Assembly (NCBI GenBank): GCA_964199315.1
Contig: OZ116698.1
Span: 11,284,001-11,348,000, forward strand
Reading direction: 5' to 3'
Source of the DNA: Orbicella franksi
Lineage: Eukaryota
Length of the DNA stretch: 64,000 nucleotides
Shown here: positions 1 through 12,329 of the stretch, piece after piece
How positions within the stretch are numbered: position 1 is the stretch's first letter
Layout of the letters: every line of letters starts with the position of its first letter
Notes under the pieces: generated by a model
What the model saw: only the letters and a program-made list of their open reading frames with translations
The model's database searches: none
What the model was told of the DNA's origin: nothing
Translations under genes and position numbers: made by a program

Positions 1-104
1 GTTAACTGCAACTGTAAAATTTATCTACTGTGTTAACTTAGCAAATAGCCTTACTCTCAGAGGAGAGCTAGGAACTAAGAGAGTTAACTTAGCAATCTTC
101 TTAC

Positions 105-3100
105 GTTGACACCCAGCAGAAGAGAATCCATAAAATCCATTATCACATGAGTCACATGTACGACCCACCACACCAGGCTGACAGTCACACTGGCCTCCAT
201 AAGCTTCACATTGTGAACCTGTCACACTACCAGTGGGCTCACAACCACATGCTGTACAAACAAAAAAGAAATTGTATAGGATTATCTTAACAAAAATATG
301 TACTATCGATTGCTATAAACCTACTTTTGAATACCACTAGGCTTCTTGCCTTTCAAGTCACTTTGAGGAAAGGCATAATAGAGAGAATGTCGTGAAACAA
401 AGGGGAGGATTTAATTTTTAGCCAAATCAGCTAGAACCTATGCAAAAAGAATGCAGTATTTATTATTCTTTTAACATGCAGACTCTCTTCTCTACAAATG
501 GAAGTAGCAAATAACAAAGTATATTTTCTCAGAAATCATACTGAGTCAACATTGTTGAAATGCAAACATCATCAAACTTTTAGAAAGGGTAAAAGTAAGT
601 AAGAACTTTATTTAAGTGTCAATGTATTTAGCCCATGTGGGCTAATTGGGGACACCCTATTAACTCTACCTAAAAATTTTTATTAATAGTATTATAAGAT
701 TCTCTTAAAAAAATAAAATTGAAATATCGGCAAACAATGGAAGGAAATAAAAGAGTATATGTTGTCCTAAGAAACACCTTAATTATAATGTTATATTAAT
801 TAAAGTTTAATATTCTAAAATTCTATATTAATGTACAATTAAAATTCAAAAAATTTGTCCTTTCTTCTTAATGGATGGGTGAGGCCTCTTATTTCAGGCG
901 AAAAAATTTACTAGCCGCACAGGTTTCCTTGGGTGGGTCAATAGAGCTTCTTTCACAAGACATACCCTAAATACATCAATAAAGAAATGAGAAGAGGTTC
1001 TCATAAGACATGCTGGTGTAGTGGATACTGCAATGCAAACTCCATATACACCAGTAGGTGTTTACAAGTGTCTAACTTTTTAGGGGGTAAAGGGGAATAG
1101 TAATTGGGTACTTACCCAAAGTACCATTGTATATCTCTGTACTAGCAGAAAACACCAGTTTATCACAATAAGCTGGCTCCTGTTCTGCAAGAGACAGAGC
1201 TGCCTGTTCACAGCTCTGCAGCTGATCTTGAATGTCTCTTCCTGACTCAGTGTACACCCTAGTTGCACTGACATCAGGAATCAAGACCACTGCATCAACA
1301 AGAATAGGACAGTAATCACCACCATCAGTGCTGTTGTAGATCAGTGAGATGTTGTACTTTTCACCTGACAGCAGTGCTACAGTTTGAGGTGACCTCCATG
1401 CCTGTCTTGAACCTTGTTGTAGCTCATCTGCAAAGACCTCAAATTCCACACTGTCATTTGAAATGGTGCTTCTGAGACTCAAAACAAGCTTTGCACCAAA
1501 ACCAAATGTGCAAGTCCTTGAAATGCTATAACGTATAATAACATGGAACTGATGGCTGGCAAAGACTTCAGCATCACTGATGTGAGCATACTGCCCTGGA
1601 TGGAGGGTGGCATAGCCATGGCCAGTGAAGTCTATTCCTTGGCCCTCAGAGGGAGTCAAGGTTGTGAAGGTGCCATCCATGTCTTCCACTTCAAACTTGA
1701 CAAAGTCCAATGCTGGATAAAAGTGCTCTCGCTGAGATCTTTCACACTGGCTCCCTTCAAGTCCAGGACGACAGAAACAAGTTCCTAAAACAGGACAATA
1801 AAAAAAGCTCATTGTGCTATGTTTTCCAAGAGTGGTTAAAGTTTAAAAGGGTGATACAGACATTTTTCACCAAACTTCTGAACAGTTGTCTTCATAAACT
1901 GCCCTAATCTTTCCAATTAATTTCTAAATGCTTCTAGTTATTCAGAGTTCTGAAGATGTGAAGAAATCACATCACTTATGCAGTGACATTTGGGCAACAG
2001 TTCACATCAACTGAAATACAGCCATAGCACTGTGGTTTTAAGATGATTTCCAGTCCGTATTGCACACTCTTGAGAGTTTGCTCTTTTTGTTTTGTTTCAT
2101 GTAAGAGACCACAAAATGGAAACATTTTGCAACTATTTACATGAAGTAAATTCAAAGTTTCAAAATAACTGCCATTATGAATGCAAAGCTTTTTGCTTTG
2201 TTCTTTCTCATATCACTTGATGAAACAACTTCGCAGCTGTAAAAATCAATGAAGCTGTTGGAAAAAAGAATTTGAAAGGCCTCAAAGATAAGGGATGTGG
2301 TTCATAACGAATAAGATCGATTTGCATCAGGGTGCTGAGAGGGTTATACCCCTTGTGCCCTCCCCCCCCCCCCCTGCAAACATTAAATTTATTAGTGCCC
2401 ATTTATACACCTGGGTAGAGAGAGGTGCTGTGAGAGTAAAGGATCTTGTCCAAGAGCACAACACAATGTTCCCAGCCATGGCTCGAACCTATGCCTTCCA
2501 CACTATTACATTATACACCACTAGTAATATACATTGTGCTCACCTGACACTTTGTCACACTGAGGGAAAGCCCCACCTAAATCACAGGGACACCGCAAAC
2601 AATCTGCATTCTCCGTAATTGGAAAAAAGTAAAAGCCATCTTTGCACTCCACACAGTATGTGCCTTGGACACTCCCCTTGCATGGACAGTCTCCTGTGTA
2701 CTGGTCACACTGTATGGTGTTGTTAACTGTACCAAGAGTATTGCACCCACAGGCTAATAGAGAAGGTTGACAGTATTCTCACTCTAGTACCAACGATATC
2801 AGCAAATCTAGACATCCAGTATCATTAAAATCTGGACCATTGGATAATGCAATTGAATAGTTTTCATTGGCTTAGCCATCATGGTATATGAGCAGTAATA
2901 TTTATATTATACCATGCTCTACAAATATAGTAAGTATATGCATAATTTTTGGGGCATTTCTTATTTGCATATTATTTTAGTTTTCTTTGTTTTTTGGGGC
3001 ATTTTTAATAAAACAATATTCCACTTGCACTTGTTGGATATTAGATGATTATAACCAACTTGGCAATTTGTACCTTGTTGGTTATCTATCATCTTGTACC

Positions 3101-6100
3101 CAATGTGCCCTCCTGGAATAATTGTTAATAATGATTCATGAGACATATTTGCTTGTGAAGGTTGATCAAGAAACATAACACAACACAACATCTCCCTGCT
3201 GGAAAAGATCCTCCAGTGTACAGGATTAGCAGTTTTTTAAAAGAGTAACTGCCATTGTGAGAGCTCATTATTCACAGAAATGTACTTTTTGGATGGAACA
3301 GCAAATGCATATGCAGGGGTTTCATTAACGTTTTCAGCAGGAGGGCAACTGGTTTTCACAGACGGGCAAAAATATTTAAACTGAAGTTGTTTGTAAGAAA
3401 AACTTTCTGCTAGATGGTTAAACTAGCCAGGCAAAATTGTCCTCACAGCCGGTCAATTTGCCCGGTACTCGGCGCTTAATGAAACTCCTGCATGTGGTTA
3501 TCAATAAAATATCATTTACAAAAAGACAAATTGTGACAAGTTTTCTTGAACTGTAAGTAGAACTACTATGTGTCAGACTAAGTCAAATGTTATGAGAACC
3601 CCAGGAACATATTTCAGTACTCCAAAATTCTGTGACTGAGTTTTTGAAACAAACCTAAATTTCCCAACATCCTGTGGAAAACAGTTAAAATAGCCTGCAA
3701 GTGCAGGCATATTTAGGGTGTGTGAGTGCACATTTTTGTATTAGACCACCATCTTGGATTTGGTGGAGGGTTGGGACGAAGGAAAATTTGCTGAGGGAGT
3801 AGCATCCAATTACAATCCAAGATGGCGGCATCAAAAACCTGGTTTATCAAGAGTAGGCTGCAGTTAAAAAGGATAGCTAACCTCTGCATTCTCCAGGTGG
3901 ATTTCCTCTGTATCCCCAGTAACCTGGAATACACTGATCACACTGCCGTCCAAACACGTTGTTCTTACACTGGCACTGCCCAAGCTGCTTTGTGGGTGTA
4001 GCTTCCTGCAGACATGTCCCGTCATTTGTAATACCCTCTGGGAAACAGTCACAAGCTGCAAAGAAAAATGTTCAGGTATAGATTTAAAAAGCCTTAAAAT
4101 GGACTTGGATATTAAAGTGCATGTCATAGGAAGTAACAAAAAAAGAACATAACATAAAATTCCAAGAGTAAGCACTTCCTTTCTCCCCCCGAAAAAAAAA
4201 AATTGTAATTATGAGCCCTACTGAAAGTTAGCACTTATTCTCAGATACAAAAATGCTTCTGATAATAAGCCTCCCAACCCTAATATTTATAAGCCCATGG
4301 CTTAAATTTAGATTTAGATTTAGCCACCACTTCTTCTTATCAATAAAAACCATCTATTGTAGTGCTTGTTTTGTATTTTATGCTGTTGGAGCATGTTCCT
4401 TGACTTGCAATGTTCATTAATAAGACAGTCACTGTAGAACTTCATTTGTACTTCATGTGTTATATTATATTTTGAGTGATGCTTGCATGCACCTAAATTT
4501 TGAACACACAACATCCCTTCCAAAATAATATACAAACATTGTTCAAAGCAAGTACAAAATCTCTTCAATGATAAGCACCTCCAGTGAAGTGCTCCCCCTG
4601 AAAAAAAATAAATATTAAGCCTACCCAAAAAGTTTACACCTGTACTGGATTAAATAATGCAAAGAAGGAATAAAATATACATTAATTGGATCTCATAATT
4701 TTTGAGATTTTCAAAACTTTTTGTGTACCAATTAATAAACCAGCACTCTTACCAATGCAAGCATTGAGATCCTCTATTGATACATCCATATTCCTGTAGT
4801 ACTTTGGTAAGCACTTCTCGCAGTGTTGCCCTTCAGTATTGTGTTGACAACTAGTACAAATGCCATGACTCAGAGTATTGTTGTACTCACAGGACAATCC
4901 ATGGTTATTGCACTGGCATTCTATACCACATCAAAACAAACACAGTCAAACAATTCTAAGCCAGAAAAAAAATCATTCACAACTACAATGAAAACAGTTT
5001 GAAGCTACATAATGAATCTAGGTATTTTCCATAATTTTATGATTACTAAAAAAAAGGAAGAAGTTTATTTACTGAGATACTACCTTGACATTCATTTGCA
5101 TGGCTGGCATTAGCTGGCATCCATGGATGATTATTGAATAGTGGCTTGCACATTTCACAATCATCTCCCATAGTATCGTGCTCACACTCACATGTTTCTT
5201 CCATGACTGGTCCAGTGCAATATTTAGCATGGCCATTACAGTTGCACCGTCCTGTAATCACAATATCTGAGATGGCGTAATAGTATTTGTTGAGAGTGCC
5301 CTCATTCTCAAATATATTTTCAAGCCCATCTGTGGGTGGGTACACAAGCCTGATCCGTACATTTGTTGCAAGCATGAAGTTCTGCATGTCTTGATCAAAG
5401 TAACCACAACCTGGTTCATACCGTGCATCAAATCTGTACTCCACCTTGCCATACCTTGGAGGGTATTGCCCACTATAATCCTCAGTACAGGTCACATTAA
5501 ATGGATGGTTTGTGAGGACAGCTGCTACTCCAGGCATGTTGAAAGAATCTGGGCACTTGAAAGCAAAATATTGCAAAACACTCCATGTTTTTCCAAAGTT
5601 TTTAGACTTCTCCAGGAACAAGGCCTGTGGTCTTTCATTGTAAAATCTCAAAGTGATACCACCACTTATGTGGAAGGTTCTGCCAAAAGACAATGTTATG
5701 TTTACCTTTAAAGGATTAAACCGACTTGAAAGGCCTAGGTTGTTTGTATCCCACCATGTTTGAGACTGCCACCAAGTTCCTGTTTGAGAGGAATATGGAT
5801 TATTAAATTCCTTGTTGTCAACCATATACTCTGGTGGGTGTCTTTTGGTAATGCTGTTTGCATCACATTCAAAGCATTGTTCCCCAGGCCCAAGTTCACA
5901 GAACCCACTAGCAGGTCTCCCACAGGTATTTGATGCTGAAATATTCCTCTTATATGCCATGTTGACTGGGCTTGGAATGCAAGGATGAGGCCGTCTCTGA
6001 GAATCATAGCACCCATTGAAGCTACAATCAGCAGCATCTATTGACACATTGAGTGAATACAAGAGAAACTGAATAAACAGTAAAACCACTGGCCTGTAAA

Positions 6101-6107
6101 TTTTCAT
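105..6107 (-). CDS. Laminin beta-like (beta/gamma-type) chain, 5' part: signal peptide, LN, LE repeats, laminin IV type B (LF) domain, further LE; continues beyond position 1
   Basis: In-frame GT-AG exons on minus: 6107-5084 (MKIYRPVVLLFIQ signal, LN, LE1), 4920-4753, 4055-3882, 2753-2544, 1784-1116 (LF: FYPALDFVKFEVED...LVDAVVLIP...CDKLVFS), 251-105 (CGCEPTGS...GQCDCQPGVVGRTCDSC, as in beta chains). All six introns are phase 1. An upstream in-frame ATG near 6149 is possible. Confidence 0.9.
2377..2489 (-). mobile_element. Partial copy of the same SINE
   Basis: CATTTATACACCTGGGTAGAGAGAGGTGCTGTGAGAGTAAAG..CTTGTCCAAGAGCACAACACAATGT..GGCTCGAACC matches 53107-53198. Confidence 0.75.
3311..3493. 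mobile_element. MITE with ATGCAGGGGTTTCATTAA / TTAATGAAACTCCTGCAT TIRs (laminin beta-like intron)
   Basis: 18-bp near-perfect terminal inverted repeats; a second copy lies at 19400-19561. Confidence 0.75.
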
Positions 6108-6845
6108 CTTGAAAGAAGCATTGCTCGAGAATCCAAACAAAAACATCACAGCTTATTTCAGAAAGAGTTTGACTGTCATCTCCAGCAGACGTTTAAAGTT
6201 TACATATGGGGAAAGACTACTGATTCAAGTGCTGATTGAAGTAGTGCAGCCTCGAATTAGTGGTGGTAAGCAATAATCTGATATACAGCTTAAAGGGAAT
6301 TCTCCAAATATGAATATGCTAATTTAAACACATTATTCATAATTCATGCCCAAAATTAATTAAATATGAGGTAGACACTATTTTGACATATTAGCGGCCC
6401 GAATCTACGAGACTTAAAAATTAAGAGAAAGGCATGTCAGCAAGTGCAAGTCAAGTCAAAATGGTTGCACTGCAAAGTGTAAAAGTTAATAAAGTTGCAT
6501 GTCAGAGCAACTAAAATGCAGTCAACGTCATTCAAATTAACAGTTACTAGAAGGCGTTTTGACATGTGCAATCACTTTACCTTCATTGATGTGTGTGTGG
6601 GCTTGACGCTGTGGTCAACATTTTGCAGTGTTTTGCAGGTACTTGAAATCCAACCAGTTGCAACTGACCGCGCGCGCACAGCAAAGAAACCGCGATGAAA
6701 TTTCCACTTTGACCTTCCCGTTACTAATGAAAAAGACTACTTCATCAAGAAATAATTGGTTATTTGTCGTTTTAAATAACTCCAGAGGGATTGCCCTTTT
6801 AGTTGAAGATTCGATGGACATAGCAGGAATCATGATCGAATTTTC

Positions 6846-6946
6846 CGCCATTTTTGACAAGTGATAAGTAACGTAGTACTTCAGGTGGTTTTACATGAAC
6901 TAATAAGTTACCGCTTGCCATTTTACCATCAATTTTCAAAATGGCG
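6846..6946. promoter_or_regulatory. Candidate bidirectional promoter between the laminin beta-like gene and NDUFAF3, with YY1-like AAAATGGC motifs
   Basis: CGCCATTTT at 6846-6854, GCCATTTT at 6917-6924 and AAAATGGCG at 6938-6946 (overlapping the NDUFAF3 ATG). The two start codons are only ~830 bp apart. Confidence 0.45.
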
Positions 6947-9900
6947 AACGTTCTTCGGTGTTCAAGACATCTTTTAAGAAGACCAATCTGCTTGTGAGTA
7001 TTAATACTACTGAGTTATCTTCGTAGAATATCATGCAAAATAATTCATATATTATTTATTTAACTTTGCCTGTTCCTGATGATAACGTCGCCTTCTATAC
7101 AACCTTAGTAACCTCCAGTACCTACCAACTTGCACTTCGAATATGCTGTAAGTTACATAAATCTAAACTAACTTAAATATGACTTAATTGTTAACAGAAT
7201 CCCAAGACGATATGAACAGCACAGTATAGAAAAAGAACCAATAAAGACAACAGTGACTTTTATAACAGATGTCAAAGACAATCATGGTATTTTGAACACT
7301 CCGCCGTTTGTTACATCATACAGCAATCGCGGTTTTCATCTCAAGGGTATCAAAGTGTTCGGTTCTGTAGCAGTTCTTCCTTCAGCATTTTACCACTGGC
7401 GGGTAAGTTACTAGTGTTAATGCAGGATTTGTGCTTCGCATTTGAATGGAGGAACAATTTAACAAATTGATGTCAGGTTTTCATACGTGTGTCCTGATAT
7501 TGATCATGAATTTTGTCATAACATTGTCAAAGTAGCTGTGGATCCACGAGGTGATAGCCGAGTGGATCTGCAGACTACTTTGACAATGTTATGGCAAAAT
7601 TCATTGTCAATAACAGGACAGACGCATGATAAACTGACATCAATTTATTTTTACGGTAACTAATTGTTAAATTGTCCACTCTCACTCTTTGATGTATTGC
7701 ATAAATTATGAATTTGTGTGTCAGTGTGCATATTGACAATGAAAATTAGCCAATGAGCATGCATGAATTTCTGTAGTTATCGTAAAAAAAACATGATGGT
7801 TGGTGTACTGGCCCAGGGTGAAAGGGGGGGAGGGACTCCCATGTAAAAAGGACTGGAGTGCTCATCATACCTTTTAGGGATTAAAAAGGGGGTTTTGGTA
7901 ACTCTAAGGGTGTTCAGCCTCAAAAGGTCCACAGCACAAACTTTTGTGGTACCTTTTAAAGCATTGAGTCAAAAAAAATTTGACAGGAGATAATTTGTTG
8001 TTTTAGAATTGGTACCTCCTATGCCCGGTTCAAACGCCGTACTTCATATGAGCTGAATCAAATGCTAATGGGGGAGAACAAAGGATTTTTCTCATTTGCA
8101 TTCGACTCGGCTCATGTGAAGTGTGGCGTCTGAACTTGGCCTTAGGAGTGAAAAAACATTTCAAGCCACGCCCTCAAAACAGGATCCTGGTGCCTCTTAG
8201 AGGTTCTTTTTATCATTTCCGATAAGTATCCCTGTTCTTTTTATATGGGAGTCCCCCTCCTGGGGCACTGGACTCCAGATCAACAGGTCTAGGTTGAACA
8301 GCCTGACTGGTATCATTGTGTCTTAGGGCAATAGGGATGTCACTGATCATGAGCATTGGTTGCCAGCTAATTTCCCCTGCTGAAAGAGAACTTAAATTCG
8401 TCTAGAATTTCACTCAAAAACAAAGACTTGGGTTATCTTTGGAGGTGCAAAAGCTAGAAAAGCCAGCTGGGCTTTTTAATGAGCCAGCTTTGTGTTTTCT
8501 TGGCCACATGCCTTGGTTAAGACTCTTTTGATGGCTCCATAGGGTAATCATTTAAACTGAGTGATTACCCTATGGAGCCATCTGAAGTGTCTTAACCTAG
8601 GCATGCATTGGTGATATATTTTGAAAGCTGTTTTTTGTGGGCAGCAGGGATGGTGCAGTGGTGAGAGGGCTCGCCTCCCACCAATATTGCCTGGGTTTGA
8701 GTCTGGCCCGGTGCCATACGTGGGTTGAGTTTGCTGTTGGTTCTCAGTTTGCTCCAAAATCATATAAACTCTCAATTTTTTATGATTTCTTTGATACTGT
8801 TAAAAACTGGCAAACATAGTGATTTTCATCTCTAATGATAAATAATAGTAAAATAGGTGCACGACAGGATTTTAAAGTCATCACAAAACTGATAAAAATT
8901 TTAAGAATAAAACCAATAGATTACTGTCAGTGCATGTACTAAGGTTGTGGTAAGGTTTTCTTTTTCCAGGAATAAAGTGTGATCAATATGCTCAGTAGTA
9001 AAACTTGAAGTGAAGGATTTTTATTTTTACTTAATATATTACATTTTAAAGGTCGTAAAACCTGAAGATATAACTGCAGAGAGTCTGGCTCTTTTCACAA
9101 TAATGGAACCTCCTATAGGTATGTCATTTTCATAGATATCACACATTAACCACATTTTTCCATGGTCTATTACTATAAGTGTAAGTTTTTATTATCAGTT
9201 GATAGCGGAGCTCCTGCACACCGAAGGCACGCGAGCAAAGCCCTATACCTTAGAAAATTTGGTAACCTATCGACCTGAAAAATTTTGGTTGTCATGTGAC
9301 TGTCCATATGTACATATGTCCGTACATCTGTACACCACTACCTTGACAACTAAGAGAGTAGCACCATTACCATAGCTACATCTTTGATTTTGGGCATCCA
9401 CGCTATTGTCAATTGACAGCTGTCACAACAAGCTATCCACTGACCAGTATCATGTGACTATATCGTGGGCTCAGGTTTAGAGCTCTTCGAGGTTTTGTGT
9501 TTTTTAAAGTTGACCACTGAGCAATTACTGGTTTACCGATTGGATCGCGGGCTCAAGTCACATTATTTCTCTGGGGAAGAAGGAAGGAGTACTCGCAAAG
9601 GCAAAATTTTTGAGGGCAAATTAATCCCTGGCGTGCTGTTGACTTTTCTTCTGACATATCCCTTGTACAATGGTCTCTTGGAAAGTCCCTGATATATTGC
9701 ATACGTAATTTCTACAATCTTGGTTAGGCTTGTTGGGTATAGTTTGTTAAAATTTAGCTGGAAAAAATAGCAAGACCACATGCTAAACAATTACATGCTC
9801 ACAATTGATCATTTTTTTTGAGTGTCTGATCCAATAAAAATTAATCCTCTTTTTCCTTTATTGTCAGTTATTGCAATCAGGAGCTCCCCTTTAGGCTTGG

Positions 9901-11249
9901 CTAAATCTATATATTAGTTAGTAAGGTGGTGAGCAAGATGAGTTGGCATATCATTCATAGAGAAAAGGAGATCAAGTGTGCATGTGATTGTGGTTTAAGA
10001 GAAATGTCAATGATAACAGAACTAGTCAGATTCAAGGATCTAATTAAATGTTAGAGTGCAGACCACATCTTTGATGGTCAATGCATTCATCAAGTTAATC
10101 TGATGACTAATGATAATATTACTGGTCATTAGATTAGTCCAATACAAATTTTCAGCACTGGACAATTTTGCCATGTCTTGTATGTTTTAAGGGTTGCTCT
10201 TCAAATGTTGTTGATATCCTCACTTCCAAGGGATTAGTTTTCTTGAGTTAATGGTGTCATCCTAGGGGTGGGGGTACTCAAGGAAGAAAGAGATTGCAAG
10301 GTGCAAATAGCTTAACACCCCCTCCCCCCTTGAGGCATGTGATTTCATTTGGTTTAGTTTGTGAGAACATTATTTAACATTAACTTTCAAAGTTAGTGAA
10401 GCCAAAATCTTTGGAAAGTGTGCTCCAGGTGTATTGTCAGTGGCCTATGTACATGTTCTCAAAATCTTCACTGTAGCTAGCTATAACAGTGTAATCATTA
10501 CATCTTAACTTTTCATTGATATTTGTTTAGAAATTGTGGTCGTGGGGACAGGAGAGAAGATATTACGTTTAGACCCTGAAATTCGCAGCTATTTGAAGAA
10601 GCATAACATTCTCTTGGAAGTTCAGGATACAGTAAGTTTTGTTGTTCAACTTGACCCACTCATGGAAATTTGAGAGAACTTGAAAAATCTGAGGAAATAC
10701 TTACCTGTCGGCTTGTGTTCCCACAGTATTTGTCATTCTCCCAAACTTCCACTTATGTTTTTATAAGTCAATAGAAACACGGTACATGTTTTCTATTTCT
10801 TAAATAGTGCCACTGAACATTCTTACGTGTCACTGATATTTTTACTCAAAGAGACATGTCTTAGACTCAACAAAACATTTCAGACAACACTCTTAAGAAT
10901 AACAAAAGAGAAACGTATTTCACTTAATTTTTGCCAGAGTCATACTACTTCATAGCCAGCAATTTTAGTCCAGATAACACTTGAGGCTCTTCACTATATC
11001 TCACCTGATCATAAAAAAATCCCCATAAAGCCTGAGTCAGGCTGACCTGAAGTTTTTTTCCCCTGGCTTTCTTTACAACTGTGTATGTGCATATAACTGT
11101 GACTGTATCTTCTTTTAAGCTATGTAAAATTCTATCTAAATGATGTTATTTTCTAGGCAAATGCAACTGCTACATTCAACTTTCTTCTTGAAGAAGCAAG
11201 GCTGGTCGGGGGTGCTTTTATACCACCACGGACAGTAGAGGAAGACTGA
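6941..11249 (+). CDS. NDUFAF3: NADH dehydrogenase complex I assembly factor 3 (Mth938 domain)
   Basis: Not in the ORF track; five exons 6941-6993, 7198-7402, 9052-9118, 10531-10631, 11157-11249 join in frame: MANVLRCSRHLLRRP (mitochondrial-type presequence)...SYSNRGFHLKGIKVFGSVAVLP...EPPIEIVVVGTG...LEVQDTANATATFNFLLEEARLVGGAFIPP*. These match NDUFAF3 family motifs. Confidence 0.93.
7459..7790 (-). mobile_element. Interspersed repeat/MITE family member (TTAACAAATTGACGTCAG end), copy 1 of 3
   Basis: Reverse-complement similarity to 30082-30402 and 51378-51820 (CATAACATTGTCAAAGT, TGACAATG, CTCATTGG.TAATTTTCATTG). Confidence 0.75.
7812..8264. mobile_element. MITE with CCCAGG..GGAGGGACTCCCATGTAAAAAG / CTTTTTATATGGGAGTCCCCCTCCTGGG termini
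   Basis: Clear terminal inverted repeats in NDUFAF3 intron 2. Confidence 0.7.
8646..8758 (+). mobile_element. tRNA-derived SINE head fragment
   Basis: A-box-like GATGGTGCAGTGGTGAGAG and a degenerate B-box GGGTTTGAGTCTGG; no cloverleaf 3' end. Confidence 0.6.
9185..9915 (+). repeat. Probable interspersed repeat in NDUFAF3 intron 3
   Basis: GCGGAGCTCC at the start and GGAGCTCCCCTTTAGGCTTGGCTAAATCTATATATT at the end resemble a repeat recalled from coral genomes; single copy in this window. Confidence 0.35.
10655..10805. repeat. Degenerate palindromic interspersed repeat
   Basis: GGAAATTTGAGAGAAC...TTCTCCCAAACTTCC arms; related sequence near 54465-54540. Confidence 0.5.
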
Positions 11250-12329
11250 CAGCCAATCTGCGACAGTAAGAAAAGATGTTGATTGTGCAGTGAACTACAG
11301 CTGAGAGAGCTCCTAAATATCATGCAGGCACTGAAAGATGGCAATAACACGAAGGGAACTTTTGACAACTCACTCATTTCAGTTATTTGAAATCTCTTTA
11401 TCTTCAATGGTAAAGCAGGAGACTTATTTAATAACGCAATTTCTTGGACAATAGAAAGGAGGTAAAGGCTTGTCATAGACCAGTACATAACAAGACATTG
11501 TCATTCAATACTATGAGAATGAACTAAAAGTAATTGTCTGTACTGGAGGAAGCTCTTCAAAATTGTTGTGCTTTTCCTATTGGAAAGCTTTGTACCAGAG
11601 AGAACTGAATTTTGTTCAGTCCTGGCTAGCTCCTTCATGCAGAATCACTAAGCAAAGCCCTGTAAAGACAATTTTGGGAATGTTAAGACAATTCATGTGC
11701 ATTCTGGTATTTTAAACAATTGCTGAAAAGTTATCTTCATATCATCACGATGGTGGCTGAATGTTTTTGCTACAGGCTTAGTGTAGTTGCAGCAGTCCAG
11801 CAATTACAAGAGGTTAAGTGGTTCTGATTATAAAGTTAGATAGGTCGGTTCTAAAGAACCAGATTAACTATACGGATCTTAGATTTGAGCACCATGCACA
11901 GTATCTAGCCACAAATTTTAACCCATGAAAGTACAAAAATCAGCCTGTGCACCCTCACCACTTTCATGTGGGATTCTGAGGGACAAAGGCTTGACAGAGA
12001 GTTGTGACAATCCAAGCTACTATGCAGCATCACTACTATTGCTTTTGTGCATGTTTTTTTTTTTTTTATTGTGTAAAATCATCATTTGAGTTTTTAGGTC
12101 GTTTTAAGACAAGTCTGTATGTAACAGAACCACCTAAAATATCTTAGTTTAGCTCTATCATTGTTTTAAAGACTAGTGTATCCTTGGTTCATTAAATAAA
12201 TGCACTTGTTAAAGATGTTGTTGTGCAGAGTTAAAATATTCAGCAGGTCACAAGTATGGGAGAAAGGAAAAATCTGAGTCCCCAATGAGATTCAGATCGC
12301 AAGTTGGGAACTCAAATCATTTGGTTATA

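Noticed and set aside
10697-10707. ATACTTACCTG, the U1 snRNA 5' end
   Set aside because: No U1 stem-loops or Sm site follow; it lies within a palindromic interspersed repeat.
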